Positions 1 to 8,539 are shown, counted from the stretch's first letter. The stretch is 64,000 nt of DNA from Minisyncoccia bacterium (GCA_038249055.1 JBBRWS010000002.1:78118-142117), one strand, 5' to 3'. The notes: generated by a model from the sequence alone, not told the origin. Translations and numbers: made by a program.

Positions 1-1
1 A

Positions 2-208
2 ATTTTTGTTCTAACAGGAACTCTTTCTACAATGTCACGGAATGATGCAAAGAAAAAAATCATTGAACAAGGTGGAAGCGTTGCATCTTCGGTATCCTCA
101 AATACTAGTTATGTAGTGGCGGGAGATAAGCCAGGAAGTAAATATGATGATGCAAATAAAATTGGGGTCAAAATACTCAATGAAGAAGAATTTTTGAAAA
201 TAATCTAA
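2..208 (+). CDS. ligA: NAD-dependent DNA ligase, C-terminal BRCT domain (5'-partial)
   Basis: Frame 2 reads IFVLTGTLSTMSRNDAKKKIIEQGGSVASSVSSNTSYVVAGDKPGSKYDDANKIGVKILNEEEF*, a typical LigA BRCT tail. Confidence 0.9.
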   Translation: MFVLTGTLSTMSRNDAKKKIIEQGGSVASSVSSNTSYVVAGDKPGSKYDDANKIGVKILNEEEFLKII

Positions 209-231
209 ATATGTTATTCTAAATATATGCT

Positions 232-345
232 CCCGTTAGAAGCCGCGGTCATGATATCTAATTGCGGGGTGTAAAAAAATATTATTTAAATTAATTATGC
301 AGGTTGGTTTCATTATAGAATTGACCACGACCTGCTTCTAACGGG
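232..345. repeat. Start-codon-associated inverted-repeat element, copy 1
   Basis: TCCCGTTAGAAGC...GCTTCTAACGGGA terminal inverted repeat between ATG 227 and gatC ATG 346; same termini at 43589 and 57805. Confidence 0.85.
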
Positions 346-642
346 ATGCAACTAGAAGATATTAAGAAATTAGCCCAACTCGCTCGTATAGATATGAGCG
401 ATGAAGAAATGACCAAAATTGCAAAAGATTTTGATCCTATTTTGGCGTATGTATCTCAAGTGCAAGAAGCATTGAAATTAAGTGAACATATTTCTCTTGA
501 TAAAGAACCAGAAAATTATTTTTTACACAATATAATGCGTGAAGATAAAGTTACAAATAATAGGGGAGAATATACAGAAAAAATTATGGCGGAGGTTCCC
601 GACACAGATAGTGGATTTATAAAAGTAAAACAAATATTATAG
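346..642 (+). CDS. gatC: Asp/Glu-tRNA amidotransferase subunit C
   Basis: LAQLARI...MRED...FIKVKQIL motifs, 98 aa, directly upstream of gatA. Confidence 0.93.
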   Translation: MQLEDIKKLAQLARIDMSDEEMTKIAKDFDPILAYVSQVQEALKLSEHISLDKEPENYFLHNIMREDKVTNNRGEYTEKIMAEVPDTDSGFIKVKQIL

Positions 643-684
643 ATTAGTTTCTAAAAGTTAGTGACTAAGTTTTAAACATATAAA

Positions 685-2103
685 ATGAAAATTGATTTAA
701 AAGATTTAACAATTGAAAAAGCGCACAACTCTTTAAAAAATGGTGAATATACCGTTACGGATTTAGTGAATGAATATTTAATAGTTATTAAAGAAAAAAA
801 TGGTGAAATAAATGCGTATAGAGAGATTTATAATGATGTATTAGAACAAGCGCATATTGCTGAAGAAATGTTTAAAAATGGAACTGATACTTTAATGACT
901 GGCATACCAATGGCTCTCAAAGACAATATGCTTTTTGATGGTCATATCGCTTCCGCATCATCTTTAATTCTTGAAAATTACAAGGCGACTTATGATGCAA
1001 CTCTTGTTAAACAATTAAAAAAACAAGGAGCAGTTTTTCTTGGCAGAACAAATATGGACGAATTTGCTATGGGATCTTCTACGGAAACAAGTGCTTTTGG
1101 TAACACAAAAAACCCTTTAGATATAACTCGAGTACCAGGTGGTTCGTCAGGTGGTTCTGTGGCAGCAGTTGCAATGAATGGGGCACTTGTATCTCTTGGG
1201 AGTGATACAGGTGGCTCAATACGTCAGCCAGCTGCATTCTGTGGGCTTGTGGGACTTAAGCCGACATATGGAACTGTTTCTCGATTTGGAATAATTTCAA
1301 TGGGAAGTTCACTTGACCAAGTTGGTCCTTTTGGAAAAACTGTTAGAGATGCAGAAATTCTTTTCAATGCTATTAATGATTATGATGAAAAAGATAGTAC
1401 TTCTATAAAAGAAGAGTTTAGATTAAAACCCGAAGCTCTTAAAAAGAAAATTGGTGTACCTAGGTCTTTTCTTTCCGGAGAGGGAACAGATCCTGAGATT
1501 ATTAAAAATTTTGAAGAGAGTTGTAAAAAATTGGAAGATGCAGGATATGAAATTATTGATGTATCATTACCTTTGATAAAATATTCACTCGCAGTTTATT
1601 ATATAATTTCTCCAGCAGAAGTTTCTAGTAATTTAGCACGTTATGATGGTATCCGTTATGGATTACATGAGGATGGTAAAAATCTTTATGATGTTTATAT
1701 AAAGAGTCGAGGGAAGGGGTTTGGAAAAGAAGTACGCAGAAGAATATTACTTGGAACTTATATACTCTCGCATGGTTATTACGATGCCTATTATAATACC
1801 GCGATAAAAGTTAGAGATGCTATTAAACAAGAATTAACAAATGTTTTTCTTGAAGTAGATGCTATTGTTACACCAACATCTCCTGTTATGCCTTTTCGTT
1901 TTGGTGAAAAAATGGAAGATCCTATTAGTATGTATTTATCGGATTTGTTTTCAGTTCCAGCAAATATTGCAGGAATTCCTGCAATCTCTATTCCGTCAGG
2001 AAAAAATAAAGAAGGATTACCATTTGGATTTCATATAATGGCTCCATCTTTACGTGAAGATATACTCTTTACCATTGGGAAAGATTTTGAAAAACAAGTA
2101 TAA
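685..2103 (+). CDS. gatA: Asp/Glu-tRNA amidotransferase subunit A
   Basis: Amidase signature GGSSGGS, GSDTGGSIRQPA, SSNLARYDG. Confidence 0.97.
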   Translation: MKIDLKDLTIEKAHNSLKNGEYTVTDLVNEYLIVIKEKNGEINAYREIYNDVLEQAHIAEEMFKNGTDTLMTGIPMALKDNMLFDGHIASASSLILENYKATYDATLVKQLKKQGAVFLGRTNMDEFAMGSSTETSAFGNTKNPLDITRVPGGSSGGSVAAVAMNGALVSLGSDTGGSIRQPAAFCGLVGLKPTYGTVSRFGIISMGSSLDQVGPFGKTVRDAEILFNAINDYDEKDSTSIKEEFRLKPEALKKKIGVPRSFLSGEGTDPEIIKNFEESCKKLEDAGYEIIDVSLPLIKYSLAVYYIISPAEVSSNLARYDGIRYGLHEDGKNLYDVYIKSRGKGFGKEVRRRILLGTYILSHGYYDAYYNTAIKVRDAIKQELTNVFLEVDAIVTPTSPVMPFRFGEKMEDPISMYLSDLFSVPANIAGIPAISIPSGKNKEGLPFGFHIMAPSLREDILFTIGKDFEKQV

Positions 2104-2111
2104 TACATCAT

Positions 2112-2723
2112 ATGGAGACCACCGCTATACAATCAGCATTAGATAAACCTCTTTTTACACCAAATTATTTAAATATTGAATACGTATTTAGTAAAGTAAT
2201 TGAATACACGCAAGGAATAGTAAAAGTTTTATCTGATCCTCATACATGGTCTACAGTTGGTGTAATATCAGCTCTTTTAACGATGATTATACTAGCAATA
2301 ATTATATTCTCCCTTGTTAGATTAATAGAAATTCAAATTTACGACAAAGAAGAAATAGAACATGAAATTCACATAGCTCTATTAAAGGAAAAAGAAAGAA
2401 ATAGAAATGCAAACCCACGATGGCATTATATTCTGACTTTAGTTGAGAGCCCAAATGAATCTGACTGGCGGGTTTCAATTATGGAAGCTGATTCTATGAT
2501 GGAAGAAATTTTAAAAGAGAATGGTCTTTCCGGGGGAACTGTTAGTGAGCTTTTAGAAGGAGCTAAAGATAGTGGATATAGAAGTATTCAAGACGCATGG
2601 AGTGCTCACTTAATCAGAAATCAAATAGCACACGTTGGTTCCGAATTTCCCTTAAGCCAGGTTGAAGCTCGTCGAGTTATTAAAATGTATCAAAACTTTT
2701 TTGAAGAATTAAGGATAATATAA
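2112..2723 (+). CDS. Hypothetical single-pass membrane protein
   Basis: 203-aa ORF with one hydrophobic segment and a C-terminal RNQIAH motif. Confidence 0.7.
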   Translation: METTAIQSALDKPLFTPNYLNIEYVFSKVIEYTQGIVKVLSDPHTWSTVGVISALLTMIILAIIIFSLVRLIEIQIYDKEEIEHEIHIALLKEKERNRNANPRWHYILTLVESPNESDWRVSIMEADSMMEEILKENGLSGGTVSELLEGAKDSGYRSIQDAWSAHLIRNQIAHVGSEFPLSQVEARRVIKMYQNFFEELRII

Positions 2724-2747
2724 AAAGAGTAGCGAATGCTACTCTTT

Positions 2748-3230
2748 TTATATTTTTGGTACAATTTTTATTGTTTCCATTCCACTTAAATATCCATGCA
2801 GAGTCGTTCCAGTGATTATAGACATTGGTAACTGAACAAATACTAAATTTATAATTAGTAAATCTAATGGAAACCAAATATAAATTAACATAGTTGAAAA
2901 ACTCAACGTATAAAATATATTAAACATTAAATGTTGATTAAATGTGTAATGTTTTTTCCAGTAAGTATCCATTATTTTCATTCCAAAACAACGATCTTTT
3001 TGGTATATAAATATAAAAGATTCATAAAGTCCAAAAAGTAAAATGACTGATATTCTCCAATATAAAGATGGCCCCCATAGTATCAAAAAGGGAACTGATA
3101 AACCTAGGGCAATAAGTGTATTTAAAAAAGAAGCACCTAATTTTTGGAAAGGGTTAGTTTTTTTAATTTCATATTTCAATCCATCGATTGGAGGTAACTG
3201 TTCAATGTGAAGATTTTTTTTTCTTTTCAT
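2748..3230 (-). CDS. RDD-like membrane protein (start probably 3230, MKRKK)
   Basis: Several TM segments plus GMKIM and TLHGYLSG motifs; TGTTATAAT lies just upstream of ATG 3230; the longer ORF extension runs through non-coding repeat DNA. Confidence 0.65.
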   Translation of the reverse strand: MKRKKNLHIEQLPPIDGLKYEIKKTNPFQKLGASFLNTLIALGLSVPFLILWGPSLYWRISVILLFGLYESFIFIYQKDRCFGMKIMDTYWKKHYTFNQHLMFNIFYTLSFSTMLIYIWFPLDLLIINLVFVQLPMSIITGTTLHGYLSGMETIKIVPKI

Positions 3231-3292
3231 TAATGGATTATAACAGAAAAAGTGAGAGTAAGAATAGTGGGGGGTTATACATGATTGGAAAT

Positions 3293-3581
3293 GTCGAAGG
3301 GACTTTCCGATTACATCGGCAGGTATTTTTCGGTCTCGTAAACTCGACATCGAAAAATCTTTCAAGTCCCTTACGGAGCAAACCCAGTAGGTCATTTTAC
3401 TAAATGAGCAGTTTATGATGACTTGGTCACACATAATTTTCTGGTGAAAATTTGTGCTACCCCGACTCGGCTCGCCAGCCTCCGTCTTTCAAGTCCCTTC
3501 GACTGCCATTAAAAACAACTAATGTTGCTTTTAATGGCAAATAAATAAAAGCCCCTATTAAAAGGGGCTTTTATTTATTTG
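3293..3581 (-). repeat. tRNA-Asp trailer element with inverted and direct copies of the tRNA 3' end
   Basis: Inverted copies at 3488-3506 and 3361-3372, direct copy at 3293-3305; 39-nt module shared with 13330-13368. Confidence 0.8.
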
Positions 3582-3582
3582 C
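3537..3582. terminator. Long hairpin (terminator-like) directly 3' of tRNA-Asp
   Basis: GCAAATAAATAAAAGCCCCT...AGGGGCTTTTATTTATTTGC perfect inverted repeat. Confidence 0.75.
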
Positions 3583-3655
3583 GCAGTCGAAGGGACTTGA
3601 ACCCTCAACCTCCCACGTGACAGGCGGGTGCTCTAACCAGTTGAGCTACAACTGC
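3582..3655 (-). tRNA. tRNA-Asp(GUC)
   Basis: Cloverleaf GCAGTTG...CGACTGC, anticodon arm CCCGC-CTGTCAC-GTGGG, T-loop TTCAAGT; CCA not encoded. Confidence 0.95.
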
Positions 3656-3885
3656 AAATTCTTTTTTAGAAACCTTCTTCCAGCTGCTGTTTTGAAATAA
3701 ACTTCACGAGAACGAGCTTCTTTTAAAGAAGGATATTCCTCCGTGTAAACAATTTTTAAGCCAGACATATTTTTTGTCGATTTAGTTTGTCCACTTTTAT
3801 GCTCACTGAAACGTCTGGCAAGATCATTAGTAAATCCTTTATAGAATTTTCCTTTATTATCTTGTAAAACGTAGACAATATACAT
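3646..3885 (-). CDS. Small GIY-YIG nuclease family protein
   Basis: MYIVYVLQ...FYKGFTNDLARRFSEH...EARSREVYFK; stop codon lies inside the 5' end of tRNA-Asp. Confidence 0.88.
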   Translation of the reverse strand: MYIVYVLQDNKGKFYKGFTNDLARRFSEHKSGQTKSTKNMSGLKIVYTEEYPSLKEARSREVYFKTAAGRRFLKKNLQL

Positions 3886-3897
3886 AATTAGTTGAGC

Positions 3898-3936
3898 CCC
3901 GCCCGACTGAACGATGTAATCAGTCGTTCGGGCAGG
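3898..3936. repeat. 39-bp palindromic insertion inside a tRNA-Asp 5'-end duplicate
   Basis: CCCGCCCGACTGAACGATGTAATCAGTCGTTCGGGCAGG splits AGTTGAGC|TACAACTG, which matches 3639-3654. Confidence 0.75.
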
Positions 3937-3994
3937 TACAACTGTAAACACATTATTAAGATAACATAAAGTAGAATTTTTTTCCACTTTATTG

Positions 3995-4068
3995 TGTCGG
4001 TGGGAAGACTTGAACTTCCTACCTCGGGCTTATGAGTCCCGCGCTCTAACCAGATGAGCTACACCGAC
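3995..4068 (-). tRNA. tRNA-Met(CAU), elongator (Ile2 not excluded)
   Basis: GTCGGTG...CACCGAC acceptor stem, anticodon loop CTCATAA. Confidence 0.9.
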
Positions 4069-4136
4069 ATTTACTAAAAACAAAATCGATTACTTCGGTT
4101 TTGTGGATACGCATTGGTATGTCACTTACCGAATTG

Positions 4137-4207
4137 TTGCGGGAGGTCGAATCGAACGACCGTCTTAAGGTTATGAGCCTTACGAGATACCATTTCTCTA
4201 TCCCGCG
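4137..4207 (-). tRNA. Initiator tRNA-fMet(CAU)
   Basis: CGCGGGA...TCCCGCA with C1:A72 mismatch; CAT anticodon. Confidence 0.9.
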
Positions 4208-4241
4208 ATATTATTACTACTTCAAACTTTTTCTTCTCAAA

Positions 4242-4297
4242 TCTTAAGGTTATGAGATCTATTATTTTCTTGCGAGATACCATTTCTCTATCCCGCG
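4242..4297 (-). pseudogene. Truncated tandem duplicate of the tRNA-fMet 5' part
   Basis: CGCGGGATAGAGAAATGGTATCTCG and CTCATAACCTTAAGA repeated 90 bp upstream, with an insert in the anticodon arm; no T-arm. Confidence 0.8.
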
Positions 4298-4523
4298 ATA
4301 TTTACTACTTTTAACTGTTTTGTATATTAAAAACGTAACAAATGAAGCCTTTTTAACAGGCCTTATGCATGTAATTTATATAGTGTACTCATTATAACAA
4401 AAAATATAGATTTTGCAATGATTGAAAGAGAGCTTAATTTATAGTATTCTTAAATCAATTAATTGTTTTAGCTCTACAACATTAAAAATGTTCGGGCGAA
4501 TAATTTTTAATAAAATTGTTTTA

Positions 4524-4595
4524 GCCGTCGTAGCTTAGTGGTAAAGCACTGTCTTGGTAAGACAGAGACCGTGAGTCCGATTCTCACCGACGGCT
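4524..4595 (+). tRNA. tRNA-Thr(GGU)
   Basis: GCCGTCG...CGACGGC, anticodon arm CTGTC-TTGGTAA-GACAG. Confidence 0.93.
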
Positions 4596-4597
4596 CA

Positions 4598-5101
4598 TTA
4601 AGAAATTTCTATTTCAGTCTCAGGTGTAATTTTGTTTACGAGTTTTAACATATCTTCTTTTTTGACAGCCAAACATCCTTTGGTATATTCCATATTTTTC
4701 TTTGCGATATGTATAAATATAGCACTTCCTTTTTCTTTTATAACTGGTGAGTCATTGTATCCGAGAACAATAATAATGTCGTACATTTCATCCTCTCTCC
4801 ATAAATTTTCATAACTTCCAGCAAAAGGTAATTTAATAAAAGTATTATATTCTTTTTTTGTTGGGTCATCACACCAAGCATCATTTTCAGATAAGGGGAT
4901 ACATTTTATTGTTGTTTCTAAATCAGAGATACGGTCTTTTCTATAATATATTTTTCTTATAGGGAAAGTTCCTTTTGGTGTTTTCCAATCTCCCTCCATT
5001 TTTTCAGTAGTTACCCCGTCTCTTCCGAATACACAAAAAAAAGAGACATCATCCGTAGATAATAATCTCTTTTCGTATTCAGCTTGTAACTTGTTTTCCA
5101 T
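4598..5101 (-). CDS. L,D-transpeptidase (YkuD) family protein
   Basis: KMEGDWKTPKG and GSAIFIH...TKGC catalytic motif. Confidence 0.85.
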   Translation of the reverse strand: MENKLQAEYEKRLLSTDDVSFFCVFGRDGVTTEKMEGDWKTPKGTFPIRKIYYRKDRISDLETTIKCIPLSENDAWCDDPTKKEYNTFIKLPFAGSYENLWREDEMYDIIIVLGYNDSPVIKEKGSAIFIHIAKKNMEYTKGCLAVKKEDMLKLVNKITPETEIEIS

Positions 5102-5105
5102 AATA

Positions 5106-5600
5106 TTATTCTACTTTATCAAAAGCAGAATGCCAATATAGTTCCAGTACAGGAGCTTTCTTTTTACTTCCGTCCTTATCAAGTCCGGAGTAGTGTAAAG
5201 GGTGTTCACCTGGCATACCTAAAGAACTTCGATTTGAGATTGCTTGGCTTTCACCAACATAAACACCTAAATGTTTATGGTCTGCTCCATTCTGATGAAC
5301 AGAGCCCCAAACTACAACGCAACCCTTTTTGAGGTTATTTATTTTGTACCATCCAGATTTTTGCATAGCGTACAATGTTCCGGGGACTGTAAAATGTGCT
5401 CTATCAATTAATCCATGTAAAAGAAGAATAGATGAAATAAAATAAGCACAAGATAAATCCCCATCTTTTAGTACGTCATTACCTTCTTTATCAAGGTAAC
5501 TTCTAAAAAGTTGAGATCCAGTAGCATTTCGGATACTCAAAAGAAAATTTTCTTTTTTCATCTTGCGTTTTTTTGTTTTAAATTTCTCAAAATTTACCAT
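5106..5600 (-). CDS. Hypothetical protein, possible NlpC/P60/CHAP-like Cys-His hydrolase
   Basis: SCAYF and HLGVYVG motifs; adjacent to the L,D-transpeptidase. Confidence 0.55.
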   Translation of the reverse strand: MVNFEKFKTKKRKMKKENFLLSIRNATGSQLFRSYLDKEGNDVLKDGDLSCAYFISSILLLHGLIDRAHFTVPGTLYAMQKSGWYKINNLKKGCVVVWGSVHQNGADHKHLGVYVGESQAISNRSSLGMPGEHPLHYSGLDKDGSKKKAPVLELYWHSAFDKVE

Positions 5601-5681
5601 TTTTAGGGTATTATGTCAAAATGATACATAAGTGTTATTATGTTGTTAACTTAAATATTTTTTAAGGTTAAAAATAAAAAG

Positions 5682-5754
5682 GCCGATGTAGCTCAGTTGG
5701 TAGAGCAGTCCCTTCGTAAGGGAAAGGTCGTCAGTTCGATTCTGACCCTCGGCT
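5682..5754 (+). tRNA. tRNA-Thr(CGU)
   Basis: GCCGATG...CCTCGGC, anticodon loop TTCGTAA, T-loop TTCGATT. Confidence 0.9.
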
Positions 5755-5887
5755 CTGGTTGGGTAAAATAGAAAAGTTCATTCGTAAGAAAATAGATTAA
5801 CTTAGTTAGCAAAACATTGGAAGTATCCGATTCCGACCTTTGGCTAAGTTTTTAATAAAAGGAAGCTAATGATTTTAAAATTAACAT

Positions 5888-6934
5888 ATGAATAAAAATA
5901 AAAGCACAAGCAATAATAATAAAGTTTTTAAAGGAGAAAATGCAATAAAAGATTTTTTGACACCAGGAGCATTGGGAATGACACCTATTGTTGAGCTTCC
6001 TCCTTCTCTAAATAAATTTTCTAAAGATGGTGTCAGAATATTTGTAAAGTTAATGCAATTTGTTCCTCTTGGAAATATAAAATCAATGCCATCATGGGAA
6101 ATGCTTTCCGGTATTGATAAAAATACTCTTAAAAATACAAAACATTTAGTTGAGTATTCATCAGGTAATACTGTTTTATCTCTTGCAATTCTTTCTCGTC
6201 ATTTTGGAATTCCAAATTTACACGCAATTATTACTCCTGATGTTCCAGAGCATAAAAAACGCTTACTTAAATTAGTTGGGGCAGATTTACTCATATCTCA
6301 TGGACCAAGAAGTCCCGATGTTCATAGTAAAATGGGGGGAGTTTATGAGGCTAAAAAACTTGGAGAAAAAAAGGGATGGCATAATCTAAATCAGTATATA
6401 AATCCTGGTAATGCGGGTGCATCAGAGGAATATGTAGCCAAAGAACTATGGAATCAACTAGGAGATAGTCTAACTATTTTTGCTTCAACTATTGGAACCG
6501 CTGGAACTATATATGGAACAGGAACTTATTTAAAATCAAAAAATAAAAATATTTATGTAGCCGGTTCTTCAATTAAAAAAGGTTCATCTATTCCTGGCCC
6601 TCGTGTAGATGAGGCTATACTTAAGCTCGGTATTCCTTGGTATGACATTGTAGATAAGGTTATTCCTATTGATGCAGTTTCTGCGTATGAAAGAAGCCTA
6701 GCACTTATCAGGCTTGGATTATTTGTTGGACCTTCAACAGGGATGCAATTAGCTATGATAGAAAAAATGTTAAAAGAAATGAAGAAAAATAAAACCCTTT
6801 CTCAATACAGAAATAAAAATAAAGAAGTTGTTATTGCTTTTGTGGCTTGTGATATGATGCATCCATACATAGACGATTATTTTTCTATTTTACCTAAAAA
6901 ATATTTCAAACCTGAACATAATTTAAATAAATAA
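5888..6934 (+). CDS. PLP-dependent cysteine synthase family protein
   Basis: GNIK PLP lysine region, EYSSGNT, IGTAGT, GPSTG motifs. Confidence 0.85.
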   Translation: MNKNKSTSNNNKVFKGENAIKDFLTPGALGMTPIVELPPSLNKFSKDGVRIFVKLMQFVPLGNIKSMPSWEMLSGIDKNTLKNTKHLVEYSSGNTVLSLAILSRHFGIPNLHAIITPDVPEHKKRLLKLVGADLLISHGPRSPDVHSKMGGVYEAKKLGEKKGWHNLNQYINPGNAGASEEYVAKELWNQLGDSLTIFASTIGTAGTIYGTGTYLKSKNKNIYVAGSSIKKGSSIPGPRVDEAILKLGIPWYDIVDKVIPIDAVSAYERSLALIRLGLFVGPSTGMQLAMIEKMLKEMKKNKTLSQYRNKNKEVVIAFVACDMMHPYIDDYFSILPKKYFKPEHNLNK

Positions 6935-6953
6935 ATTTTGTTATAATAAGATA

Positions 6954-7838
6954 ATGGAAAATAATGAAGAATTAAAAAAAGAAATAGAAGTTCTTGAAGA
7001 ACAAATGGTTCAGGGAAATTTCTGGGAAGACAAAGTAAATGCCCAAGCTGTTATTAAACGTATAGCTTTTTTAAAAGATGAAATTTTAGGTAATCAAAAA
7101 TATGATAAGGGTAATTGTATTCTCTCTGTTCTTTCCGGGGCAGGAGGGGATGATGCAGAAGATTTTTCTGCAATGCTTGTTCGTATGTATACAAAATATT
7201 TTGAGAATAAAGGTTGGTATTGGAATGTAATTCATGAAAATAAAAATGATCTGGGTGGATATAGAAATATTTCTATTGAAGTTATAGGGAGTAGGGCATA
7301 TGGAACACTTAAAAATGAATCAGGGGTGCACAGACTTGTTAGAACTTCACCATTTAATTCTAAGGGTCTTCGTCATACTTCATTTTCTCTTGTTGAAGTA
7401 ATTCCAGAATTTGAAAAAAATAGTAATGTTATAGAAATAAGACCAGAAGAATTAAGAGTTGAACTTTCAAAGTCTGGAGGACCTGGAGGGCAAAATGTAA
7501 ATAAAAGAGAAACTGCAGTAAGAGTAGTTCACTTACCTACAAATCTTTCAGTCCATGTTACTTCTGAGCGTTCCCAAGAGCAAAATAAAGAAAAAGCACT
7601 TGAAATGCTTAAAGGTAAGCTTTTTAAAAAAATGGAAGAGGATCGAAAAAGAGAAAAGGACGGATTATCTATTTCAAAGATTACTGATATTGAATGGGGA
7701 AGCCAAATACGTTCGTATGTTCTTCATCCTTACAAAATGGTCAAAGATCATAGGACTGGAATAGAGATTAATAATGTTGACTCTGTCCTTTTAGATGGTG
7801 AGATAGATAAGTTTATTGAAGCGGAATCGAATTTGTGA
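6954..7838 (+). CDS. prfB: Peptide chain release factor 2 (compact form)
   Basis: SPF motif, GGPGGQ, WGSQIRSYVLHPY. Confidence 0.93.
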   Translation: MENNEELKKEIEVLEEQMVQGNFWEDKVNAQAVIKRIAFLKDEILGNQKYDKGNCILSVLSGAGGDDAEDFSAMLVRMYTKYFENKGWYWNVIHENKNDLGGYRNISIEVIGSRAYGTLKNESGVHRLVRTSPFNSKGLRHTSFSLVEVIPEFEKNSNVIEIRPEELRVELSKSGGPGGQNVNKRETAVRVVHLPTNLSVHVTSERSQEQNKEKALEMLKGKLFKKMEEDRKREKDGLSISKITDIEWGSQIRSYVLHPYKMVKDHRTGIEINNVDSVLLDGEIDKFIEAESNL

Positions 7839-7854
7839 TATTCTTAATAAGGCA

Positions 7855-8532
7855 ATGATCTATTTCAACAATGTTACAAAAAAATATAGAGATAATGTAT
7901 CCTTAGAGGATATAAGTATTACTATCACACAAGGAGAGTTTGTCGCTATAGTGGGGCATTCGGGTGCAGGTAAGACTACTTTAACTAAATTGATTCTTGC
8001 AGAAGAAAAACCAACAGCGGGAACTGTTTTTTATGAATCAAAAGATATTCACAAACTTTCCAGTAGGGATTTAACTCATTTTCGACGTAAGGTCGGAGTA
8101 GTTTTTCAAGATTTTCGATTGTTGTCTAATAAAACAGTTTATGAAAACATAGCATTTGCAATGGAAGCAATAGAAAAAAATGAAGAAGAAATTTTTCAAG
8201 ATGTTCCCCATGTACTTGAGTTAGTTGACCTTACAGCTAGAGCATCTCATTTCCCTCATCAATTGTCTGGCGGTGAAAAACAAAGATTAGCAATTGCCCG
8301 TGCAATTATTACTCAACCCGATTTAATAATCGCAGATGAACCAACAGGGAATCTAGATCCTATCAATACCAATGAAGTTGTAAATCTTCTTAAAAAAATA
8401 AATGATTTAGGTACCACGATTATTTTAACTACTCACAATAAATCTGTATTAGATCAAATTAAAAAAAGAGTCATAACTTTAGAAAATGGGCGTGTTATTA
8501 GAGACGATAAGGATGGTAAGTATATGTTATAA
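7855..8532 (+). CDS. ftsE: Cell division ATP-binding protein FtsE
   Basis: GHSGAGKTT, GVVFQDFRLL, ADEPTGNLD; followed by ftsX. Confidence 0.92.
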   Translation: MIYFNNVTKKYRDNVSLEDISITITQGEFVAIVGHSGAGKTTLTKLILAEEKPTAGTVFYESKDIHKLSSRDLTHFRRKVGVVFQDFRLLSNKTVYENIAFAMEAIEKNEEEIFQDVPHVLELVDLTARASHFPHQLSGGEKQRLAIARAIITQPDLIIADEPTGNLDPINTNEVVNLLKKINDLGTTIILTTHNKSVLDQIKKRVITLENGRVIRDDKDGKYML

Positions 8533-8539
8533 TAATCAT

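Noticed and set aside
3188-3434. ORF 3188-3403(+) and the N-terminal extension of 2748-3434(-)
   Set aside because: They overlap the non-coding tRNA-Asp trailer; a better start with a -10 box exists at 3230.
6900-6960. Programmed +1 frameshift for prfB
   Set aside because: No CTT-TGA site or upstream RF2 N-terminal frame; the upstream DNA belongs to the cysteine synthase-like gene.
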